Source of the DNA: Promethearchaeota archaeon
GTDB taxonomy: Archaea; Asgardarchaeota; Lokiarchaeia; Sigyniarchaeales; SOKP01
Direction of reading: 5' to 3'
Assembly (NCBI GenBank): GCA_048939015.1
Contig: JBHLPW010000065.1
Coordinates: 1-25,678, forward strand
DNA: 25,678 nucleotides
Part shown: positions 9,190 through 16,796 of the stretch, in pieces
How positions within the stretch are numbered: position 1 is the first letter of the stretch
How the letters are laid out: each line of letters begins with the position of its first letter
Program-made: the position numbers and the translations under genes
Notes under the pieces: generated by a model
The model's database searches: none
What the model saw: only the letters and a program-made list of their open reading frames with translations
Told to the model about the DNA's origin: nothing

Positions 9190-9801
9190 CTATATATCTT
9201 GCATTCTCGCTTCAATCTCATCAAAGTTGATAGTGTACTCTTCACCCTTCGAAGTTACTTCTATCCATTCAGTTAACCATGGGCAATGTTGAGGATTAAA
9301 TTGGTCAAGGTTAGTTTCATTACATTTATCTCGAAATGGACAAATAAAGCAAGGTTGCCTAGAAAAAATATTCCAAATAAAATCTTTTCTGTTTTTATTA
9401 ATTTTTAGTTCCTTCACTTCTATATCAATTTCTTCGAGCGCATAAATATGTTTAGTCCATGAAGCATCAACCAATTCTCGATTCATTTTTATTTTTGATT
9501 GCAATTCTAATAATTCTAAGATTTCTTCTAAATCATTTCGCTCTTTATTGCTAAGTTCCATAAGGCGATTAAATAATATGTCTTTTTCTCTATTTATAAT
9601 ATCAAGAATCAGTTTTTCATCTTTTCGTAGTGTTCGTTTGAATTCCTTTCTTTTTTCTTCAATTCTTTCAATTCTTCTCTCAACGTCAGATTTCTCTTCT
9701 AAAGGGCCTTCAACGCGTTCCTTTATCTTACATTTATGACGAGATAAATAAGCAAAACTCTTACCACAATAAGGACAAACTTCCCTTTTTTTCTTCGCCA
9801 T
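9190..9801 (-). CDS. TFE-beta / RPC34 (POLR3F)-like protein: N-terminal zinc finger, probable winged helix, C-terminal Fe-S cysteine motif
   Basis: C-terminal PCFICPFRDKC-x12-CPWLTEW resembles the RPC34/TFE-beta [4Fe-4S] motif; central wHTH-like segment (EKLILDII...LEEILELLELQSKI); N-terminal CPYC...HKC. Confidence 0.7.
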   Translation of the reverse strand: MAKKKREVCPYCGKSFAYLSRHKCKIKERVEGPLEEKSDVERRIERIEEKRKEFKRTLRKDEKLILDIINREKDILFNRLMELSNKERNDLEEILELLELQSKIKMNRELVDASWTKHIYALEEIDIEVKELKINKNRKDFIWNIFSRQPCFICPFRDKCNETNLDQFNPQHCPWLTEWIEVTSKGEEYTINFDEIEARMQDI

Positions 9802-9991
9802 TATTAAATCTATTATAGTTATATTGAAAAGTTAATTTGATATCTAAAAATCATATGCAGTATGATATAATCATTATGCATATTCTAAAATTAATTTTTC
9901 CTTTTTCTTCAGATTTTATACAATTTATTGGCTTAATTTATATTAATAATTTCTAATCTTATTTAAACTAAAAAGTTCATTAATATAAATA

Positions 9992-10819
9992 ATGGATGTA
10001 AATAAAATACTTGAAATTGATGAGGTTCAAATTGTTAAAAAACAAAAGATTCTGGATTATAATGAAGTTTTAACAGATTTAGATTTCGTCTTATCTTCAG
10101 GAGCTAGAAATTTTGATGAAACTATAGGAGGAGGTTTTTACCAAGGCAAGAAATATTTGATTTTTGGAGCAAACAAAACAGGAAAGACTCAGTTATGTCA
10201 TCAATTATGTGTTCAAGCCTATATTCAATTATCTAAACAAAGTAAGAAATCTAGAAAAACCAATAAGCAATTTGTGTTTTATTTTGATACTGAGAATACT
10301 TTTCGCCCAGAAAGGTTAAAAGAACTTATAAAAATTCTAAATATCGATTATTACAAATTACTTAAATGTATTTACGTATCAAAAATTATGAGTAATGCGG
10401 CTCTCTTGTTATCATTAAAAGAATTAGAAAGAATTTTAGAACTAAATAATATTTATGTACTAATTATTGATACTCTTAACAATCACTACAATTCTGAGTT
10501 AGCGAATAAAGAAATAGCTTCTAATAAAACTAAAGGAATTTTTTTAAAAGTTTTAGAAAGACTCAATGAACTCACTAAAAAGTATAAATTAATTACGATT
10601 ACAACCGCGCAAATTACATCAAATCTAATTAATAAAAATTTAATACGTGTAATTCCTGTTGGTAACCATTTATTAAATCATTTCTTTTCTGAATATGTGT
10701 ACTTAGATTATAAAGAACAAGATAAAAGATATGTACACTTAGCTAATTCAATGAATTTTCCTGAAAAACGATTATTATATAGTATAACTACCTCTGGAAT
10801 TCAAGATTATAAAGTTTAA
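9992..10819 (+). CDS. RadA/Rad51-family paralogue lacking the N-terminal HhH domain
   Basis: FDETIGGG, Walker A GANKTGKTQLCHQL, RadA/Rad51 signature DTENTFRPER, Walker B LIIDT, C-terminal PE...ITTSGIQD. Confidence 0.85.
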   Translation: MDVNKILEIDEVQIVKKQKILDYNEVLTDLDFVLSSGARNFDETIGGGFYQGKKYLIFGANKTGKTQLCHQLCVQAYIQLSKQSKKSRKTNKQFVFYFDTENTFRPERLKELIKILNIDYYKLLKCIYVSKIMSNAALLLSLKELERILELNNIYVLIIDTLNNHYNSELANKEIASNKTKGIFLKVLERLNELTKKYKLITITTAQITSNLINKNLIRVIPVGNHLLNHFFSEYVYLDYKEQDKRYVHLANSMNFPEKRLLYSITTSGIQDYKV

Positions 10820-10826
10820 GTTTGTT

Positions 10827-11657
10827 CTATAATGTATTGAAAAATTCTTTTAATGAAAGATTTATAAAACCATCAATTACATCCTTAGAATTTACGTAAA
10901 ATATCTCATTTTCAATTTTTTGGCTAAGCCATTTAATTAATTTTCGAGCATAAATTAGTTTTTTCTGTTTGGTAGTACTAGCACTTTGATTTATTTTAAT
11001 ATCTAACTTTGAATATTTTCCAACTATGCTTCCAAAGTCCATTCCTATAAGAAATAATTTCTGGGAAGATATTAATAAAGAACGTAAGAAATAAAGTATT
11101 CGATCTCCATCTGTAAAGCCCCCAGGATTTATAATATTTGTCACAGGTTTAACTTGGGTTGTTCCAATAAGGTTTTGGAATGAAAGAATTTCATCCTCAA
11201 AGAATTTAAGATTATCTATATTATCGCCATGAGCATGAACAATAATAAAATTAGAGTATTTAAATTCCTTCTTAGTAATTCCATCCAAATCTGTGAAAAC
11301 GGCATCAATTTTAATCTTCTTTTCTCTTAATAGGATTGAGGCTCCATCGGCAGCTAAATTAATGAAATTTTCGAAAAAATTGACTCCTTTTTTTTTTATA
11401 ATAATGTTAATAGTTTCTTCTAAAGATGGACCACAACCATATATTAGAATTTTATTTTTTGCTAAAATCCTATCTTTAAACGAATTAATAACACTATTCA
11501 AATTCCAATTTCGATTTTTCTTTAGTAAAATTAAGGAGAGATAGTCACGGGCTTCACTATCTTTTTTTAAATCAAATTTAAAATCTTCTTTGATTTGAAG
11601 ATACCAATCTTGAAATTCAGTAAAGAAATCTAGTCTTTTGATAAGCTTAGAATCCAT
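10827..11657 (-). CDS. mptE: 6-hydroxymethyl-7,8-dihydropterin pyrophosphokinase MptE (DUF115)
   Basis: WYLQIKEDF, GCGPSL, AADGA, TDLDG, VHAHGDN, GTTQ, GGFTDGDR, GMDF, GKYSK motifs of archaeal MptE. Confidence 0.9.
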   Translation of the reverse strand: MDSKLIKRLDFFTEFQDWYLQIKEDFKFDLKKDSEARDYLSLILLKKNRNWNLNSVINSFKDRILAKNKILIYGCGPSLEETINIIIKKKGVNFFENFINLAADGASILLREKKIKIDAVFTDLDGITKKEFKYSNFIIVHAHGDNIDNLKFFEDEILSFQNLIGTTQVKPVTNIINPGGFTDGDRILYFLRSLLISSQKLFLIGMDFGSIVGKYSKLDIKINQSASTTKQKKLIYARKLIKWLSQKIENEIFYVNSKDVIDGFINLSLKEFFNTL

Positions 11658-11786
11658 CCTTTTTAGATTAATTAATTGAAAATATCAATAATAAAATTTT
11701 AAATTATTACCTTAATTAATAAAAACATATTATTTAATTCAATATTATTAAAATTCATAAATTTATTAAAAAGGAGTAAGATAAGA

Positions 11787-12179
11787 ATGGCAAAATGGTT
11801 TACTAAAACTCATCAATGGTTCGATGATTCAACAAAAATGGTTGGAATTACTCCATATGCTGCAGAACAGCTTGGAGAAATCAGTTTTGTTGATGTAGAA
11901 GGTCTTGAAGGTGCTGAGCTTGAACAAGTTAAAATGGATGGAGATGAACCATCAAGTGATCCAATTGATTGTACTGTTGAATCAAGTAAAGCTGTTGGGG
12001 ATGTTTATTCACCAGTAAGTGGCAAAGTTTTAGAGGTTAATGAAGATTTGATGGATGAACCAGAAAAAATCAATGAAGATGCTTTTGCTGCTTGGTTATT
12101 TAAAATAGAACCATCAAATTGGGACGCTGAGAAGGGCAACTTATTAGATGAAGGAGCATATAATAGTTTTATTGGATAA
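11787..12179 (+). CDS. gcvH: Glycine cleavage system H protein / lipoyl-carrier protein
   Basis: THQW, VGITPYAAEQLG, lipoylation motif VESSKAVGDVYSPVSGKV, PEKINED...WLFKI; AAGGAG RBS. Confidence 0.9.
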   Translation: MAKWFTKTHQWFDDSTKMVGITPYAAEQLGEISFVDVEGLEGAELEQVKMDGDEPSSDPIDCTVESSKAVGDVYSPVSGKVLEVNEDLMDEPEKINEDAFAAWLFKIEPSNWDAEKGNLLDEGAYNSFIG

Positions 12180-12194
12180 TTAAAAAACTTATAT

Positions 12195-12228
12195 TCTTTT
12201 TTTTCAAATTATATTTTTCTTTTTTTTA
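12195..12228 (+). terminator. Probable oligo-T terminator after gcvH
   Basis: Runs ttctttttttt and tttttctttttttt within 50 nt of the stop. Confidence 0.45.
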
Positions 12229-12244
12229 GTTTGCATGAAAATCA

Positions 12245-13390
12245 ATGAATACTACCGTTAAATATATTTTGGGATTAATAATAAACCCAATTTCTGGAAT
12301 GGGGGGCTCTGTAGGCCTAAAGGGGACAGATGGTAGAGATATTTTACTTAAAGCCATTAATCTTGGGGCTAAACCTAATGCAATTACCCGCACTCGAGAA
12401 TTTTTGCAAGAGTTACTCATAATAAAATCAAAAATAAAATTCATAACATGTCCCGGTATAATGGGTGAAAATATATTAAAAGAGATGAATTTTGAATATA
12501 ATTGTATTAGAGATCCAATCTTTTCAAGCATAGATGATATTTTAGATACTACTCCTATGCATACTGAAATCGCAGCCGAAATTATGAAGAGATGCAATAA
12601 ATTAAAACTTTTAGTATTTGTTGGCGGTGATGGTACTGCTCGTAATATCGTTAACAGTATTCGTAATGAAAAACCCTGTCTAGGAATACCTGCGGGTGTA
12701 AAAATATTTTCTAGTGTTTTTTCTATTACTCCCAAGGGAGCAAGCTCCCTTACATTGCAGTTTTTATATGATGAAATTCCTTTAAGAGAATCAGAAGTTC
12801 TTGACATCAATGAAAATGAGTATCGAAATGGAAAATTGGAATCAAAGTCATATGGATATTTATTAACACCGTTTTCTCCGCGATATTCTCAAAAATCTAA
12901 AACTGGAACTCTTCTTTCAGATATGGATAACCAGGGAAGAATAGCTAAGAGAATTATTGAAACTCTTGAAAAAAATGTCTATTATATCTTGGGTCCTGGA
13001 ACCACAGTTAAAGCAATTACAGACCAATTAAATCTAAGAAAAACATTATTAGGTGTAGATCTTTTATTGAATAAGAAAATTCACAAGATGGATTTGAATG
13101 AACAACAACTTCTTAAATTTATTGAAGGAAACAAAGTAAAAATTATTTTATCCTTAACTGGTCACCAAGGATTTCTCCTTGGCAGAGGAAATTTACAGCT
13201 TTCACCTAAGATATTAAGATATATAAATCCAAAAGATCTAATTATCATTTCAACCAAATTTAAAATGCAAAATATTGCAAATCAGATATTGAGAATAGAT
13301 ACTAGAGATCCGGAACTTGATGATAAATTGAAAGGTCTATATAGAGTTATTGTAGATTATGATGAAATTAAAATCTGTAGAGTCAATTAA
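12245..13390 (+). CDS. ATP-NAD kinase family protein (AcoX-like)
   Basis: GLIINPISGMGGSVGLKGTDG, GGDGTAR, LGIPAGVKIFSSVF, GPGTT, GFLLGRGNLQLSP. Confidence 0.88.
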   Translation: MNTTVKYILGLIINPISGMGGSVGLKGTDGRDILLKAINLGAKPNAITRTREFLQELLIIKSKIKFITCPGIMGENILKEMNFEYNCIRDPIFSSIDDILDTTPMHTEIAAEIMKRCNKLKLLVFVGGDGTARNIVNSIRNEKPCLGIPAGVKIFSSVFSITPKGASSLTLQFLYDEIPLRESEVLDINENEYRNGKLESKSYGYLLTPFSPRYSQKSKTGTLLSDMDNQGRIAKRIIETLEKNVYYILGPGTTVKAITDQLNLRKTLLGVDLLLNKKIHKMDLNEQQLLKFIEGNKVKIILSLTGHQGFLLGRGNLQLSPKILRYINPKDLIIISTKFKMQNIANQILRIDTRDPELDDKLKGLYRVIVDYDEIKICRVN

Positions 13391-13409
13391 AATAATCAGA
13401 TTATTATAA

Positions 13410-13916
13410 TTAAATCGAAATGGTTCCCATTTTCACAGATAACATGTATTGGAGTAAAATGAAGGAGATAAAAATCATCCCTACGCCAATTACTAATATC
13501 CAAATAGCCATTTTTTTATTATATACATATTTTGATGCTTGATATAATAAAACAAACCCCATTGAACAAAGAATTATCATTATGGAAGCTACAATTCCTT
13601 CAATTATAAAACTTTCATGAACATCGGCATAAATAAATATAGGGTCTCCAGCAGAATTAGCTCCTAATGCAGGAGGTTCTCGAACGAGTAAATATACAAC
13701 ACCTGTCTGTAAAACAAACAGAACTATTAAGATAGTTATCACACTTAAAGATCGCGATGGCATTGGAAGGGAGATTTTTGAGAGTCTCAATTTAGGAAAA
13801 CCAATTTTGGGTTTCCTTAGCGAATTTCCAAAAATCCATGGTGTTCCGCTCTTAATTTTTTCCAATACTGTTTCTGATCCAATAACTTCCTCTTTTTTCG
13901 ATGTTTCTTTTTGCAT
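13410..13916 (-). CDS. OSTC/DC2-like (OST3/OST6 family) oligosaccharyltransferase accessory subunit
   Basis: Three TM helices with MPS...GVVY...EPPALG...FIIEGIVAS...GFVLL...K near the C-terminus, paralleling eukaryotic OSTC as I recall it (MPS...GIIY...EPPSVG...YIMEGLASS...GFIIL). Confidence 0.75.
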   Translation of the reverse strand: MQKETSKKEEVIGSETVLEKIKSGTPWIFGNSLRKPKIGFPKLRLSKISLPMPSRSLSVITILIVLFVLQTGVVYLLVREPPALGANSAGDPIFIYADVHESFIIEGIVASIMIILCSMGFVLLYQASKYVYNKKMAIWILVIGVGMIFISFILLQYMLSVKMGTISI

Positions 13917-13985
13917 AACCTATTAAATAATTATTAAATTAAATTTATTAAGTTTTTCAAAGATTATTTACTTAACTCTTATATT

Positions 13986-15497
13986 TTAACTTAACTTTCT
14001 TAATATGTGCGTTAAAATATTCCAAACCTTCTCTACAGACTTAATTAATCATCGTTCATCTGGTGAATGCGCACCTTCAACACTAGGTCCAATTGAAATC
14101 ATCTCCATTTGAGGAAATTTCTTCTTAAGAATTCCACACTCTAAACCTGCATGAATGGCTTTAATATTTATACTTTCGTTATACAATTCATAATATGTTT
14201 CTTTGCATTTTGCCAATAGTTTGGATTGAAAATTTGGTGTCCATCCAGGATAATCAGAATCCCTTTTAATATTAATTTTTAATCCACTCATTTCTAATAG
14301 CGTTTTTGTTTTCTCCCAAATTACATTTTTAAAATATTCACTCAAACTCCTTTGACTTAATTTGATCTCGATATCTGCTCCTCTGGTATTTACTGTTGCT
14401 AAATTAGATGATGTAAATACTAAACCCTCAATTTGAGGATGCATCGAGATAGGACCATTTGGCATTAAATATAATATATCCAATACTTTTTCTTGGATTT
14501 TTGGTGATATTACCTTATCAAGATCATAATTTTCAAGTCTTTTTATTGTTAAAACTAAGTTTGGTTCAATACCATCAAAAATCACTTTTATCTGATTAAA
14601 AATGTTATTGATAAAAGATAATATCTCTGCCGATTTATTTTCTTCAATGTAAAGGACGGCATTTATTTCTCTTGGTATGGCATTAGTTCTATTTCCACCA
14701 TCTATCGAACAAATATGAAATAAATGTTTTTTGTTTAATTCCCAGAGTACTTGTACTATAATCTTTAAAGCGTTTCCTCTTCCTAAATGAATATCTACAC
14801 CAGAGTGTCCTCCTAATAAACCAGAGATAAATATTTTTATTGGTATAAAATTATTCTTTGCCTTACTCAAATCGATCCGATCAATTTTAATCTCAATGAA
14901 ATGTACTAGACCACCAGCGCATCCTATAGTAACAGAATCATCTTCTTCCGAATCAAGGTTTATCAGATAGTTTCCATCTAAAAAATCTTTATCAATATTA
15001 AACGCACCTCTTAAACCTTGTTCCTCATCAATAGTAAATAATAAATTAAAACCTATAAAATCATATTCTAATTCTCTTCGATGAATTTTGTTCATTAAAG
15101 TCAATAAATAACATATTCCTACGCCATTATCTGCACCCATTGTAGTACCCTCTGCTGTAAGCCACTTCTCACTTGCAATTTCTTCAATTTTCAATTGTAG
15201 TGGATCTTTTGAAAAATTATGAGTTATAGACTCATTTTTTTCACAAACCATATCTAGATGGCATTGTAAAACACATTTTATTTTTTCTTTTGATTTTGGT
15301 GGAATATTGATTACTAAGTTTCCCACAGAATCCACCTTACTCTTAAACCCTAATTTCTCTGATTCTTCTATAATAAATTTTCTGACTTTCTCTTCATGCT
15401 CAGAACAACGAGGGATTTTAGAAATTTTTTCAAAATATTCCCAAAATTCATAAGGTTGTCCTAAACCTTTTAAATTTGACAAATTAATCCCTTTCAA
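13986..15497 (-). CDS. pepD: Aminoacyl-histidine (Xaa-His) dipeptidase PepD, M20C family, with an in-frame TGA at 14049-14051 (nonsense allele, sequence error or readthrough)
   Basis: IPRCS, LQCHLDMVCEK, GADNG, DEEQG, NLDSEE, GGHSG, HAGLECG, HSPDER. After the TGA the same frame continues LIKSVEKVWNILTHILRKLS* to TAA at 13986-13988. TTG start. Confidence 0.9.
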
Positions 15498-15578
15498 TCA
15501 AAATTTATATATTCATTCCATTATAATAATTATAAATTAACACTAAATTCCTTATAACTTTATTTAAAGGCTTTTCAA

Positions 15579-16700
15579 ATGAGTTGGAAAGATCTATATT
15601 CAGAAGTTAAAAAGCGGAAAATGGAAGCATTAGATAAAAAAGAAGTAGTGCAAGCAGTTGAAAAACATGGTAAAATTTTAGCTATTAGTGGAAGATATGA
15701 AAAACCTAAAAAAGTCATCGAACATATGTACGCGTCAATAAAGAAAGTGATTAAAGAGAAAGAAATTATGAAAGAAGATCTCTCCCAATATGATGTAGTA
15801 CTTATTGGATGTCCAGGAAGTGATATTCCATATGCATCTCATCCGAAAGTGAGAGATTTTGTTCAAAATGGTGGATGGTTAATCACAACTGATTGGGCTC
15901 TACGTAGTATAATTGAAAGTATATTTCCAGGGCATATTCGTTGGAATCGAGCAAAAACTGCTGAGGCTGTTGTTGCTTGTCAAATTATTGATCCAAATCA
16001 TCCCTTCCTAGATGGAGTATTAAGTGAAATCAAACAAAGTAAGTGGCAAAAACAATCTGCTAAAGATACAAAAAAAAGTGAATTTCGGTGGTGGCTTGAA
16101 ACTAGGTCTTTTCCTATACAAATTATTAATCATCAAACTGTTAAGGTCTTAATTGGTTCATGGGAACTTCAAAATAAGTGGGGAGAGTCCCCTGTCCTAG
16201 TAGAGTTTGATTATGGGAAAAGAGGTGGCCGTATTATTCATATGATTAGCCATACTCATTTACAGAAAGGTGGAGCAAAAGGAAAATATGCATCTGCTTT
16301 GATATTAACAAATATATTAGATGAAAAAATATCTCAAAAAATGGGAATTTCACAAAAAACAACTGCTCAATATGTCTCAGATTGGCAATCCCCCCAACAA
16401 CAGAATTATCAACCTCCTTTAGAAGAACAATGGGTTTCACCCCCTCAAAAAAATGATTACATCACACCTACTACCAGAGGAATTGGATTGACTGAAACGA
16501 CTCAAATTATAGAAATAAATGCTAACAGTCCAAACTTTTCATTTGTGAGTAAATGTATTTATTGTGGTTATGATTTTACAGAGAATAAAGGAAAAATTTT
16601 TACATGTCAAGCTTGCAATGCCCCATATCATGAAAATTGTATTAATCTCCAAATAAATGAAGGAACCTGTAAAAATTGTGGAAGAATATTATTATGGTAA
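15579..16700 (+). CDS. Hypothetical protein: class I glutamine amidotransferase-like domain, Q/P-rich linker and C-terminal C4HC3 (RING/PHD-type) zinc finger
   Basis: YDVVLIGCPG, VRDFVQNGGWLITTD, HPFLDG, YGKRGGRIIH; C-terminal C-x2-C-x13-C-x2-C-x4-H-x2-C-x9-C-x2-C. Confidence 0.65.
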   Translation: MSWKDLYSEVKKRKMEALDKKEVVQAVEKHGKILAISGRYEKPKKVIEHMYASIKKVIKEKEIMKEDLSQYDVVLIGCPGSDIPYASHPKVRDFVQNGGWLITTDWALRSIIESIFPGHIRWNRAKTAEAVVACQIIDPNHPFLDGVLSEIKQSKWQKQSAKDTKKSEFRWWLETRSFPIQIINHQTVKVLIGSWELQNKWGESPVLVEFDYGKRGGRIIHMISHTHLQKGGAKGKYASALILTNILDEKISQKMGISQKTTAQYVSDWQSPQQQNYQPPLEEQWVSPPQKNDYITPTTRGIGLTETTQIIEINANSPNFSFVSKCIYCGYDFTENKGKIFTCQACNAPYHENCINLQINEGTCKNCGRILLW

Positions 16701-16796
16701 ATCTAATTTTGAATTTAACTGAAATTAAATTTTTTTCATTAATAATTAAATTCTTCTAATATTAATTTCTCATATTATCATTAATAATTAATTAAG

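Noticed and set aside
12226-12810. 194-aa antisense ORF
   Set aside because: Lies opposite the conserved ATP-NAD kinase gene; Ser/Ile-rich shadow translation.
13917-13985. SECIS element downstream of pepD
   Set aside because: The region is almost pure A/T, with no evident stable stem or AUGA/GA core on the minus strand; Sec recoding remains unsupported.
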